A stretch of DNA of 64,000 bases from an uncultured Fibrobacterota bacterium (GTDB lineage: Bacteria; Fibrobacterota; Chitinivibrionia; Chitinivibrionales; FEN-1185), in NCBI GenBank assembly GCA_963729895.1, contig CAVSQB010000030.1:21071-85070 (forward strand), in the 5' to 3' direction. The notes under the pieces were generated by a model. It worked only from the letters and a program-made list of their open reading frames with translations. It ran no database searches and was not told where the DNA came from. Shown one piece after another: positions 20,363 to 31,645 of this stretch. The first letter of the stretch is position 1, and every line of letters begins with the position of its first letter. The translations under genes and the position numbers were made by a program.

Positions 20363-21382
20363 ATGGGACAGATAGGCCTTTTTGACCTTGAGAATCGCCT
20401 TTCCGAGCTTTCCGAAATGGGAGACCCTCTTGAAACCATCAATCGGGCCATACGTTGGAAGAGTTTTCGTCCTGTTATTGACAAGGCTTTTCGCAAGGAA
20501 CGGAAGAGCAACGCCGGTCGTCCACCGTACGATTATATCCTGATGTTCAAGATTCTCGTGTTGCAGACGATGTATGGGCTTTCCGATGCGCAAACCCAGT
20601 TTCAGATTCTGGACCGATTGACGTTCAAACGGTTTCTTGAACTCACTTCCGAGGATAGCATTCCCGACGAGAAAACGGTCTGGTTGTTTCGGGAAACGCT
20701 GACACAAGCAGGCGTTGTCAAGAAGCTGTTTGACCTGTTCGGTCGTCAGTTGAACGAAGCGGGTTACACTGCCCAGAAAGGCCAAATAATAGATGCGAGT
20801 TTTGTCGAGGTACCTCGCCAGAGAAACACGCGGGAGGAGAATAAAGAAATCAAGAACGGGGGCACGCCGCAGGAATGGGAAAAGCACCCTGAGAAACTTC
20901 GTCAGAAAGATGTTGATGCGCGATGGACGAAGAAGAACGATCAGACGTTTTTTGGCTACAAGAACCATGCGTCGGTAGACGCGAAGCATAAAATCATTCG
21001 AGACTATGCGGCGACATCCGCAGAAGTGCACGACTCCAATATGCTTGAACCTCTCCTTAATCCTGAGAACACGAACGCGGACGTGTTTGCCGACAGCGCG
21101 TATCATTCGGAAAAGGCGGAACAAAGGCTTGATTATCTCTGGTACAGAAGCAAAATATGTGTCAAAGGGACTCGTGGCGCACCATTGACGGAAGCACAAT
21201 TGGCACAGAACCGGAAGAAATCCAAAGTCAGATCGCGTATAGAACATGTGTTTGCTCAAATAGAAATCATGTTTCGTGGCAGGATCAGGTGTATCGGGCG
21301 GCTGAGGGCCGCGGCGAAGATAGGACTCCTGAACCTGGTTTACAACATAAAACGCTTTGCATATCTTGAGTGCCACGCCTGA
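20363..21382 (+). CDS. IS5-family DDE transposase
   Basis: GRPPYD..LMFKILVLQ, IPDEKTVWLFRE, IIDASFV, GYKNH, ADSAY, RSRIEHVF. Confidence 0.95.
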   Translation: MGQIGLFDLENRLSELSEMGDPLETINRAIRWKSFRPVIDKAFRKERKSNAGRPPYDYILMFKILVLQTMYGLSDAQTQFQILDRLTFKRFLELTSEDSIPDEKTVWLFRETLTQAGVVKKLFDLFGRQLNEAGYTAQKGQIIDASFVEVPRQRNTREENKEIKNGGTPQEWEKHPEKLRQKDVDARWTKKNDQTFFGYKNHASVDAKHKIIRDYAATSAEVHDSNMLEPLLNPENTNADVFADSAYHSEKAEQRLDYLWYRSKICVKGTRGAPLTEAQLAQNRKKSKVRSRIEHVFAQIEIMFRGRIRCIGRLRAAAKIGLLNLVYNIKRFAYLECHA

Positions 21383-21657
21383 AAAGCGGGACAGGACCGC
21401 ACAAGGCCCCCAAAGGGACCGAAAAAAGAACAGTTTTGGGCACCTATCAGACAAATAGACGCCCTGACATCGCGAAATAATACTATCTGTCAACATGATC
21501 TTGGAATCTACTATTTTACAGAATTTTTAGAGGTCCCCTAAATATATATAACCGAAAATATTGATGGGTAGGTAAAATCAATCGGTTCGGGCGGCCTCCT
21601 CGCCGTTGCGCTAGAAAAATTCTGGATCGATCCTGAAGCAGCCGGGCGCCGCCCTTT

Positions 21658-22269
21658 CTATCCGCCGTCATCTCCCAGTGACGGATCACTCACCATTCTT
21701 CTGAAAACCACCCAATTGAACAGCGGACCCGGATCAAGTTTGACGTCCTTCCGAAGACCGAGCCTAACGGCAGCTTCACCTGCAATATCTTGGTGTCCAA
21801 CGTAGGCAAATGTTCTCCGGTGGCGTTGCTCAATGTCACGGCACAGAAGAGCGCAGGATGAATACTGTTCTTGGGTAAAACCGGAATCAGGCGTGGCAAC
21901 GAGCTCAATGCCAATTGAAAAACCGTTCGCCATTGTCCTTGAATCCGGCGCGGGCATGACGCTGCCGCCCGCGTGCCACGCTTTCTTGTCTTCGGGCACC
22001 AACCGGAATATGGTGCCCGTTCGGTCAATTAGATAGTGGCTGCTTACCCCGCAGTCACAGAATATCCTGAGGATGAGAGACAAATCGAAGGGACGGCGCG
22101 GATCGATATGCATGGCGCTGATGTAATGAAGAACGATTGTATCGACAACCTGCCCTTGCCGCTCTTCCCAGAGGTGTTCCTTGTTCTGGCCCAGGATGCA
22201 TGACGACAAGGTTGCGTTGCCCGCTGGCGCCTCGTTGTTGATGTCAAGCAAACACTGCACGATCTTCAT
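21658..22269 (-). CDS. N-acetylmuramoyl-L-alanine amidase (AmpD / Amidase_2 type)
   Basis: IVLHY, VSSHYLIDR, AWHAG, SIGIEL, GHQDI..K.DPG; start set at ATG 22269. Confidence 0.88.
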   Translation of the reverse strand: MKIVQCLLDINNEAPAGNATLSSCILGQNKEHLWEERQGQVVDTIVLHYISAMHIDPRRPFDLSLILRIFCDCGVSSHYLIDRTGTIFRLVPEDKKAWHAGGSVMPAPDSRTMANGFSIGIELVATPDSGFTQEQYSSCALLCRDIEQRHRRTFAYVGHQDIAGEAAVRLGLRKDVKLDPGPLFNWVVFRRMVSDPSLGDDGG

Positions 22270-22394
22270 GGCAGACGCCTTTCTCTTTGAAACGATATCC
22301 TGCGAACCGGGCCAGTGGCGTTCCGGACAAGCGAAAGAACATGTGTTCCCCGGCAAAAAGCCGGGTAACCCGGTTTCTATTGGAGAATCTTGGT

Positions 22395-22868
22395 TCAGTA
22401 ACCGTATTCGTTCCGCAGCAGCGGGATGATACGGTCGATATGCCCCGACAATATCTTGAAAGTATTCAGGTAGTCTTTGCTGGTGCCGCCCACGGGATCT
22501 TTGACAGTTGCCTTTTTTGAATCGTCCCGTTTGGGCCATGCACCAAGGAGAAATACCAAGTCGTCAAGTCTGGGGTAAAACATCTTGAGAAATTCTTTCT
22601 GGACAGGTTCCATAACCAGAATCAGGTCAGCCTGTTTCAACTCTTCCGGGACAAGGGCACGCGACCGCAGGCTGGAAATGTCAAGGCCGTTTTCGGAACA
22701 TGTCTGGATGGCAAGATCGGTGGGAGGAAGTCCGTCTGCCCCATGAATTCCCATGGATGATACAACGAGTCCCCTGCCCGCTTCCTTTGCCCAGCGCGCC
22801 CGAAGGATGGCTTCGGCCATGGGACTGCGGCACCTGTTGGCGGTGCAAACAAAAATGATATGAACCAC
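22395..22868 (-). CDS. low-molecular-weight protein tyrosine/arginine phosphatase
   Basis: FVCTANRCRSPMAE P-loop, ADLILVME, DP motif. Confidence 0.92.
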   Translation of the reverse strand: MVHIIFVCTANRCRSPMAEAILRARWAKEAGRGLVVSSMGIHGADGLPPTDLAIQTCSENGLDISSLRSRALVPEELKQADLILVMEPVQKEFLKMFYPRLDDLVFLLGAWPKRDDSKKATVKDPVGGTSKDYLNTFKILSGHIDRIIPLLRNEYGY

Positions 22869-23001
22869 GAATTCACGCCTGTAAATCGATGTCCGCTGGC
22901 TGGGCCGGTGGCACTTATGCCGATATCGGTATCAAAACTATTAAAAATATAGTATTTTTTACCGAAGGCGAACCTATTCCTTTTACCTCATGAGGAGCTC
23001 T

Positions 23002-23349
23002 ATGGCGCTTTCGAATGAAGAAAAATCGCTTGTCGAAGAAGCCTTGCAGGTATATCTCCAGATTGTTGCGCGTCAGTTGCCGCAGGCGCAAGTCCAGCAG
23101 ATTGCCCAGATTGCGCGGGGTATTGTTGGTAAACTCGATTCCGTGGGGAGCGGCGCAGGCGGCTCAAAAGGAAACAGGCCCGAAGGCATTTCCGACGAGT
23201 GGTTCAAAAAAGTGTGCCAGAAGTGCGACAAGCTTTCCGCCACGGGGTGCACAGACAAGGTGACCGTGAAGTTTCCCGGGAAATGCGACCCAATCTTGAA
23301 ATATGAGAATGAGAAACGCGGAGTCAAGAGCAGGGAGAAGGAGTTTTAG
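23002..23349 (+). CDS. hypothetical protein with four Cys (CxxC-x7-C-x11-C)
   Basis: GAGGAG RBS before ATG 23002; clean ORF filling the gap between genes. Confidence 0.7.
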   Translation: MALSNEEKSLVEEALQVYLQIVARQLPQAQVQQIAQIARGIVGKLDSVGSGAGGSKGNRPEGISDEWFKKVCQKCDKLSATGCTDKVTVKFPGKCDPILKYENEKRGVKSREKEF

Positions 23350-23487
23350 AATTCGACAAGAAAGTGGGGTCTCCTTTGTGGCAGGGGCGACACACGGCCG
23401 GGTTCTTTCTCCGGGCTCTGTTGACCGGTGTGGGTCGGCGCGCCGGCTTTTTCAATAACCTGCCGAAGCAAGTGCCGTTGCAGCCGG

Positions 23488-24768
23488 TTACACCGTCTTC
23501 ACAAGAACGTAGTTCTTTTTGCCTTTCTGCACAAGGATGTACTTTCCATTAAGCAATGAATCAGTCTTCACCAGAAGATCCGGTTCGGTAATTTTTACCT
23601 TATTGACAGAAACCCCGCCGTTCTGAATGAGCCGCTTTGCCTCGCCTTTGGACGCCACGATCCTGCACTTGACAGCAAGAAAGTCAACAATGGCCACACC
23701 CGCCTCAAGCTCGGTTCTGGCGACTGTGGCTTGCGGCACTCCTTCAAACATCGACAGCAGGTCATTCTCGGAAAGTTTCCTAAGCGATTCGGCAGTTCCT
23801 TCACCGAAAAGAACGGCAGCGGCTTCAACTGCGCCTTCCCAATCCGCCTGCGAATGCACGCGGATGGTGATGTCTTTTGCCAGGGCCTTCTGCAAGGGAC
23901 GTGTGTGAGGCGCTGCGCTGTGCTCGGCACAGATCGCGTCGATTTCTTCCCTTGACAACAGCGTAAATAGCCTGATGAACCGGCGCGCGTCGTCGTCGGT
24001 GCAGTTGAGCCAGAACTGGTAGAACCGGTACGGCGATGTGAGCGCCGGGTCGAGCCAGATTTTCTCGCCTGCCGCCGATTTGCCGAACTTGGTGCCGTCC
24101 GCCTTGGTGAGAAGCGGGCAGGTGAGGGCGAACGCTTCGCCGCCGGCCTTGCGACGGACCAACTCGCACCCGGCCGTTATGTTGCCCCATTGGTCGGATC
24201 CGCCCATCTGCAAAACGCAATTCTTGTTCTTGAACAGCCAGTAGAAATCGTATGCCTGGAGGAGCTGATAGGAAAACTCGGTGAATGAAATCCCGCTTTC
24301 CAGCCGCGATTGCACCGAGTCCTTGGCCATCATGTAGCTCACGGTAAGGTGTTTTCCAACATCGCGCAGAAAATCGATGAACGAAACGCCTTTGAACCAG
24401 TCGTAGTTGTTTACGATGTGCGCCTTATTGGCACGCGGGCCGAAATCAAGAAACCGGGCAAGCTGTTTCTCAAAACATTCCAGGTTGTGTTGTATTTCGT
24501 CAACCGACAGCAGCTTGCGCTCTTCCGATTTGCCCGACGGATCGCCTATCATTCCCGTGGCTCCGCCCACCAGTGCGATAGGCGTATGGCCCGCGCGTTG
24601 GAACTGCACAAGAAGCATGATGGCCACCAGGTTGCCTATTTGCAAAGAAGATGCGGTGGGGTCGAACCCGACGTACCCGCACACGCTCTGTTTCTTGAGC
24701 ATCTCCTCGGTGCCGGGCATGATGTCGTGGACCATACCGCGCCAGGTGAGTTCTTCTATGAATGTCAT
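23488..24768 (-). CDS. tyrS: tyrosine--tRNA ligase
   Basis: [29 protein letters not shown]-terminal S4 domain. Confidence 0.97.
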   Translation of the reverse strand: MTFIEELTWRGMVHDIMPGTEEMLKKQSVCGYVGFDPTASSLQIGNLVAIMLLVQFQRAGHTPIALVGGATGMIGDPSGKSEERKLLSVDEIQHNLECFEKQLARFLDFGPRANKAHIVNNYDWFKGVSFIDFLRDVGKHLTVSYMMAKDSVQSRLESGISFTEFSYQLLQAYDFYWLFKNKNCVLQMGGSDQWGNITAGCELVRRKAGGEAFALTCPLLTKADGTKFGKSAAGEKIWLDPALTSPYRFYQFWLNCTDDDARRFIRLFTLLSREEIDAICAEHSAAPHTRPLQKALAKDITIRVHSQADWEGAVEAAAVLFGEGTAESLRKLSENDLLSMFEGVPQATVARTELEAGVAIVDFLAVKCRIVASKGEAKRLIQNGGVSVNKVKITEPDLLVKTDSLLNGKYILVQKGKKNYVLVKTV

Positions 24769-24956
24769 CAATGTAATCCTTCCGCAAGATGGGTTGATCA
24801 GATGCACAAAATACAACGTGCGGGAGGGGGTTCAAATCTTTGCAAAAGAGGTAACGAGGAAACGTCGAGCGGGATCACGTGCAGCTTCCATCCGGCTTTC
24901 GTCGTTGCGCGTTGTTTCCCTGGAGCTATGTAGGTACGTCCCGGAAGAGCCTTTCC

Positions 24957-26888
24957 CTACCTCCTTAACAATTCCACTTTACATGAAGATACCATTTTTG
25001 ATCCTCCATTTTCTTTGTGGTACAAAGCGACCACATACGTGCCTGCGGGCATAACCTTGTTTTGGGCCGCCGAGGCAAACAAATTCACTCGATGATTGCC
25101 GGCGACAGTCAATCCTTGAAGGACTGTGCAAACCGATGCGCCCCGGGAATCGAGAACGGCCAGCCTTATCGGTTCACTGAGAGGAATCGAAAAGTCTACC
25201 ATGCTGCGCCCCGGTACGGCACGCAACGAATAACCCAGCGGCCCGGTGAAATGCGGGCCGGCAGGTCGAACACCGGTTGATGCGCCGTCGATAAAGACCA
25301 ACTCGATGCCGCTTCCAGTTCCAAGGTTCCTGGAGTACTTTCTGTCAACTGGATTGTCCCAATGCTCAAAGACGCCAAGGCTTTGCAGACGTTCGGTGGC
25401 GATCTCGTGGTTTGGATCGTAGAACGTGCCTGAAGGAGGATTGTCCGCCTGCGCGGCTTCAACCAGATAATCTTCCGCGCCGGCGATTTTCGCATACTGA
25501 TACGGATCCGGATCGAGTTGAAACAAATCGAACAGTACGCTTTCGATCGCAACCGGGTCCTGGGAAGCAAAAAGGCTGGAAGTCCAACCGCCATTAAACG
25601 GCGCTACCGGCCAGGTATGCGGCACGGTATCATAATTGTGGTTTCCTTCATACAGTCCGTCAACGAGATAAAGAACTGTTTTGCCGCCAAGGTGTGCGTG
25701 CCCCATGAGATCTACCAAAGCTCGGTAGCTTCCCATTTGAGGCGACATGAAAGCAAGACTTTGGTGCAGATCGTAGTATCCGCTGTCGGTGGGCAGGCGG
25801 ATGAGCGAACCGTAATTGTTCTTTGCGCAGGCGGTTATGCCCCCGCCCATGTGGGATTTCATGTTGGCAAGGCTGATGACATACGTGGCTTGCGAATAGT
25901 GCAGAGCTACATAATCCTGCTTGACTCCGGTAGGTCTGCTGCTCCAATAAACCGGCGCAGTTGAAAACTCAACTTTCGTTCGGCCGAATTTGCCTGCGTG
26001 ATCGACATAATGGACGTCAGGGAATTCGGCGTAACAGGAATCATGATATTCATTGGGATAGTAAGCGGTCGGGTCTCCAACCGAGATATCTGCCTGATTT
26101 GCACCCGCGACGTTCACAAGCTGCCGCAACAAAGCGCGCACCATCTGTGGCGAAGAGTTCATGTAATCGAGTTTCTTGTTGAGTGAGTACGTCATACTGT
26201 CAACGCAACAAAAGGCCGGAAGATAATTGCAGAAAGTAAGATTTATCTTGATGGCGATTTTTTCTCCCTTTACATAGCCGACATTGCCACGGCCATGGAC
26301 ATAATTATAATACCGGAACAACGTATCCCAGGCTGAAGCATCGTCCGCTTTTCCACTGAGTTCGCGCAAAGCTCTCGACATCATCTGGTCAACAACTGTC
26401 TGGCTTGTGTGATTGCTTTCCCACCAATGGCCGTCGCCAAGGCCTTTCCAGTTGGACACCGTGGAATCATGTACCCAGACAACCCGGCCAGGGTTCGCGC
26501 CCTTTGCTTCGCCGATCGGGACATTGGCTTTTGTTGCGGCAAACGTCGGCGAATGGGGCATGGAAATAAATATTCCACCCGCCATTGCACCAACTGCCAG
26601 GCTGATTGCAGCCATCAAGTATCGCGACCGATGGACATAAGCGCGAGCACGCTTCAAGAATAAAAGAGACATCCCCAAACCCAACAGCCACAAGACAAAA
26701 GTGGATGCAATTGGTGCCGCGACCCGCATGCATGGGTATGCGGCACGACTTGGTTTTGGAATGACGCGAGCAATGAACCACACCAGAGATCCGGTGCCGA
26801 GAATGGGGAACAATAAGCTCCAGGGGAAATGCCGTTTTTGCACTTCCGGAATACGACTTTTTTGAAGAGGATTTGACGTTTCTCTCAT
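24957..26888 (-). CDS. DUF362-like protein with membrane N-terminus and T9SS-like C-terminal domain
   Basis: RVIPKPSRAAYPC N-terminal motif, PGRVVWVHD, IAIKINL, ANMKSH..GITACAKN..G, SQDPVAIES; C-terminus ends in ...PAGTYVVAL...KVELLR. Confidence 0.7.
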   Translation of the reverse strand: MRETSNPLQKSRIPEVQKRHFPWSLLFPILGTGSLVWFIARVIPKPSRAAYPCMRVAAPIASTFVLWLLGLGMSLLFLKRARAYVHRSRYLMAAISLAVGAMAGGIFISMPHSPTFAATKANVPIGEAKGANPGRVVWVHDSTVSNWKGLGDGHWWESNHTSQTVVDQMMSRALRELSGKADDASAWDTLFRYYNYVHGRGNVGYVKGEKIAIKINLTFCNYLPAFCCVDSMTYSLNKKLDYMNSSPQMVRALLRQLVNVAGANQADISVGDPTAYYPNEYHDSCYAEFPDVHYVDHAGKFGRTKVEFSTAPVYWSSRPTGVKQDYVALHYSQATYVISLANMKSHMGGGITACAKNNYGSLIRLPTDSGYYDLHQSLAFMSPQMGSYRALVDLMGHAHLGGKTVLYLVDGLYEGNHNYDTVPHTWPVAPFNGGWTSSLFASQDPVAIESVLFDLFQLDPDPYQYAKIAGAEDYLVEAAQADNPPSGTFYDPNHEIATERLQSLGVFEHWDNPVDRKYSRNLGTGSGIELVFIDGASTGVRPAGPHFTGPLGYSLRAVPGRSMVDFSIPLSEPIRLAVLDSRGASVCTVLQGLTVAGNHRVNLFASAAQNKVMPAGTYVVALYHKENGGSKMVSSCKVELLRR

Positions 26889-27178
26889 ATCTTTTCTCCT
26901 GGCTCGTGAGCCAAATTCGTGTTACGGCACGGCCGGCCTGTCTGCTCTAACATCATAATCTATATTGATTTTTGGAAATTGCCAATGCTGTCGTCAAAAA
27001 AGTGTTTTCTGCTGGAAACCACCTTGACGTGGAGGCCTTTTTCGCCAAGTTTGGCGGCAAAAAGCCGGACGTGGGCACGAGCGGATCGTGGACAGGGCAG
27101 ATCGACTGGTTCCAGGTTTCAGGCCAATGGGGGCGGTCACCGTTTCAACATCTTTTCGGTTTAACAGGCAGCTATGTC

Positions 27179-28012
27179 TTATTTTGCCCGGGGCGTTGAG
27201 TCGGCCACCGTATCCGTCGGCGGAGGAAGTCCGGAAAGGGACGTGTATCCAGAATCGTTGAGTAAATGCCTTCTGTAAAGATTGCTCGCCATGACCGCGA
27301 TCCGCTTCTGGATAAATGCGCTCTTGTCGTTGAGAGGGGAAAGCTTGCTCGGCATCGCAAGCGTGGCCGCAAGCCGCGACGCCTCGCTCATGGAAAGTCG
27401 CGAACAGGGTTTTTTGTAATATGCCTGAGATGCGGCTTCACACCCGAAGATCGTGTCGCCCCACTGTGCGTAATTGAGGTAGAGTTCAAGGATTCTGTCC
27501 TTGCCGAGGTATTTCTCTAGAAGCAATGTGTAACCCATTTCCTTGATCTTGCGCACAAAGTTCCGCTCATGGTCGCAGAAAAGGTTCTTGGCCAGTTGCT
27601 GTGTGATGGTGCTTGCACCCCGGACTATCCGGTTTTTGTCCTTATTGTATTCTATGGCAGCGAGCATGGCCTCGATGTCGAATCCCGGATGAGTGTAGAA
27701 GCCGTCGTCTTCAACCGCGATCACCGCATTCTGCAGAGATTTGGCAACGGAGTCGAGGCACACGTAACGTAGAAACAGCCTGTCCGGTTTGTTTTGTTCG
27801 CGCAAAGCGGCACGATACTGCTTCATGTATTCGGACTCTACCGGATTATGGTTCACCAGGAACTTGACATCAAGGATCGGTCGCGTGATTGTGAGATATC
27901 CCCATACAAGGACCACGGTGCCAACCAGCGAAAAGACAACGGCATAGGCAAGGAAGATGGTTTTTAGAATCTTCCACGCGGAATAAAAAATCTTGGAAAA
28001 AGGCTTCAGCAT
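27179..28012 (-). CDS. mtgA: monofunctional peptidoglycan transglycosylase (GT51)
   Basis: AVEDDGFYTHPG, RGASTITQQLAKNLF, RKIKE, ILELYLN; N-terminal transmembrane helix. Confidence 0.9.
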   Translation of the reverse strand: MLKPFSKIFYSAWKILKTIFLAYAVVFSLVGTVVLVWGYLTITRPILDVKFLVNHNPVESEYMKQYRAALREQNKPDRLFLRYVCLDSVAKSLQNAVIAVEDDGFYTHPGFDIEAMLAAIEYNKDKNRIVRGASTITQQLAKNLFCDHERNFVRKIKEMGYTLLLEKYLGKDRILELYLNYAQWGDTIFGCEAASQAYYKKPCSRLSMSEASRLAATLAMPSKLSPLNDKSAFIQKRIAVMASNLYRRHLLNDSGYTSLSGLPPPTDTVADSTPRAK

Positions 28013-28177
28013 AATTGTATACTAGTAACGGGGAACGGTTTTCCGACTTTTAGCTCGCAATTTTGCGTGCGGGTGAAGTGTTTGAAAATAGTTGTTTCCT
28101 GCGGTGCGCTGATTGAAAATAGCAAACACAAAATGAATGACAGGCCCGGACCCGACTTCGGAAAAAGGAAGGAAGCA

Positions 28178-28630
28178 ATGCAGAGCAATTCGTATGGCCT
28201 CATCAGCTTGTTTCTTATTTTCATGGCTGTTGCCACGGCGCTGGGCGCTGTTTTGCCCAGATCCCCCAAAATGGCGGGGATGTATTTGATTGTAGCCGTG
28301 TTAAGCTTCATTCTCATTCTGGTTTCTTATTGCGCAAAATGCTCTTGTCGGAACTCGGAATGCTGTTTTGTACTTCCCGGCCGCCTTACCAAATTCCTAC
28401 CAAAGAGAAAAGAGGGTCCCTATTCATTTTTTGATATCCTGTCGACCCTCATCGGAATCGCGGCCATAGTTCTTATGCCGCAACTGTGGCTTGTTCTCAA
28501 CATTCCGTCCCTCATCCTGTTCTGGCTCTTCATGATTGTTGCCGGATTTATGATCGTTTTCCTCGTATGCCCGGACTGCCCGAACAAGAATTGTTTTCTT
28601 TGCGGCAGCAGACCCAAAGCTGTAAAATAG
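28178..28630 (+). CDS. hypothetical 4-TM membrane protein with two Cys clusters
   Basis: Four hydrophobic segments; YCAKCSC...CC and CPDCPNKNCFLC; purine-rich RBS before ATG 28178. Confidence 0.7.
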   Translation: MQSNSYGLISLFLIFMAVATALGAVLPRSPKMAGMYLIVAVLSFILILVSYCAKCSCRNSECCFVLPGRLTKFLPKRKEGPYSFFDILSTLIGIAAIVLMPQLWLVLNIPSLILFWLFMIVAGFMIVFLVCPDCPNKNCFLCGSRPKAVK

Positions 28631-28844
28631 CGTCTCGCTGGAAAAAATAACAGTGGCGGCGTTTCGGTGGACGGGGCCCTCAGAGGATGGTAACCATCGA
28701 CGGATTGTCTTTCGGCAACGGACAGCAACGGGTACCATGCCCGACGGGTGTTAAGGAATCAGTTATGTAGATTTTTTACAAAACCCGGTAAGATAAATGG
28801 AGACAAAGTGCCGATTGAGAACAACAAGGAAGCAGATTATGCGG

Positions 28845-29276
28845 CTAATGCTTCTCCTGCGGCGTGGATACCGTCTTCTCCGCAACCTTGATTCTCGCAA
28901 GAGCCTTCTGCAGTCTTAATTTTGCGGCCTTCATTTCCGGTAAAGCCTCGGCCGTCTTCAGTTCGGCCTCCGCGCTTTGCTTTTCCGCAAGCGCGAGTCC
29001 CTTGTTGATCTGGTTTCCAAACTCAGCGGTTTCGGCAAGCACCGAGACTTCGTTCTTCCGAACCTCCAGAAATCCTCCCGAAATGGCCAGACATTCCGTG
29101 TTCTTGTTGTGCGTTATCCGGATTTCCCCCGGCACAAGACGCGAAAGCAGGGGAGCGTGGTTGCACAAAACGCCGAGTTCCCCTTCCGCGCCGGGGAACA
29201 CCGCGAATTCTACCTTGCCGGAAAAGACTTTCTTTTCCGGGGTCACGATATCGAGAAGATATGATTTGTCGTCCAT
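28845..29276 (-). CDS. atpC: ATP synthase F1 epsilon subunit
   Basis: DIVTPE, GELGVL.NHAPL, SGGFLEV. Confidence 0.95.
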   Translation of the reverse strand: MDDKSYLLDIVTPEKKVFSGKVEFAVFPGAEGELGVLCNHAPLLSRLVPGEIRITHNKNTECLAISGGFLEVRKNEVSVLAETAEFGNQINKGLALAEKQSAEAELKTAEALPEMKAAKLRLQKALARIKVAEKTVSTPQEKH

Positions 29277-29321
29277 GATTTTAGATGCTTCTTCTTTGCA
29301 GCGTAAACTTTCAATTGGGAA

Positions 29322-30770
<1,449 letters not shown>

Positions 30771-30785
30771 TTATCTGCCTGGTGC

Positions 30786-31640
30786 TCAGCGCAGGGCCTC
30801 TGCGCCCGAAACGATTTCCAGGAGTTCTTTGGTTATGATGGATTGCCGGACTTTATTATACAACAGTGTAAGCATGTCGATGAGCTTGCCCGCATTTTTG
30901 GTTGCGGCGAACATCGTGGTCATGCTCGCGGCCTGCTGTGCTGCGTTCGATTCAAGAAAGATTTTCCATATTTGACCAATGAGATATTGCGGCATGAGAA
31001 CGTCGAACGTTTCCTCTGCAGACGGTTCGAAAATGTAGCTCGCCTTGGGGCCGGATTTTTCTTCCATGGGCTCAAGGGGGAGGAGTTTTTGAAGGATTAT
31101 TTTCTGGGAGACAGGGGCCCTGAATTCGTTGTAAACGGCAACCACCTCGTCGATTGTTCCTGAAACGAAATCAGAAAGGAGCTTTTGGCCGACGGTGGTT
31201 GCGTCGGAATATTTCGGGGAGAACATCATGTCGGCGTACTGGTCCGAAAGAGTGACCGGTTTGCGCCTGAGAGATTCGATAGGCTTTTTGCCGACAACGG
31301 TCACGGAAACGGTCTTATCCTTGTTTGCAGAAAGAAGCTCCAGCGCCTTCTTCACGGCATTTGAGTTGAACGCACCGCACAAGCCTTTGTCTGATCCGAC
31401 AACCACGATGCGCAGATTCCTGCCCTTGCTCGTGCGCAGATACGGTGACGTTCCCGCGGGAAGGCCGGAGGTAAGGTGTCGCGCAATGTGGGTGAGTTTT
31501 TCGAAGTAAGGCCGGGCGTTCACCACGCGGTCGCGCGCCTTCCGCAACTTAACAGAAGCGACCATCTGCATGGCCCTGGTAATCTTCTGCGTGTTTCTGA
31601 CGCTTACAATTCTCCGTTTTATTTCGCGTGGAGTCGCCAT
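30786..31640 (-). CDS. atpG: ATP synthase F1 gamma subunit
   Basis: KITRAMQMVA, DKGLCGAFN, RQSIITKELLEI. Confidence 0.97.
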   Translation of the reverse strand: MATPREIKRRIVSVRNTQKITRAMQMVASVKLRKARDRVVNARPYFEKLTHIARHLTSGLPAGTSPYLRTSKGRNLRIVVVGSDKGLCGAFNSNAVKKALELLSANKDKTVSVTVVGKKPIESLRRKPVTLSDQYADMMFSPKYSDATTVGQKLLSDFVSGTIDEVVAVYNEFRAPVSQKIILQKLLPLEPMEEKSGPKASYIFEPSAEETFDVLMPQYLIGQIWKIFLESNAAQQAASMTTMFAATKNAGKLIDMLTLLYNKVRQSIITKELLEIVSGAEALR

Positions 31641-31645
31641 GGTTC

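Larger units (their letters stand above)
20245..21538 (+). mobile_element. IS5-family insertion sequence, 1294 bp
   Basis: Perfect 17-bp terminal inverted repeats GGGGACCTCTAAAAATT (20245-20261) and AATTTTTAGAGGTCCCC (21522-21538); flanking 4-bp direct repeat TAAA (20241-20244, 21539-21542). Confidence 0.93.

Noticed and set aside
20306..21496. 396-aa ORF antisense to the IS5 transposase
   Set aside because: No recognisable motifs; long antisense frames are common opposite real genes.
23350..23487. GC-rich nested stems between convergent genes as a possible ncRNA
   Set aside because: No SRP, 6S or tRNA hallmarks; adequately explained as terminator structure.
24820..24845. GGTTCAAATC resembling a tRNA T-loop
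   Set aside because: No cloverleaf can be formed; it overlaps the putative tyrS -35 box.
24769..24956. Possible T-box leader upstream of tyrS
   Set aside because: No T-box consensus seen, and a promoter-like element lies only about 40 bp from the start codon.
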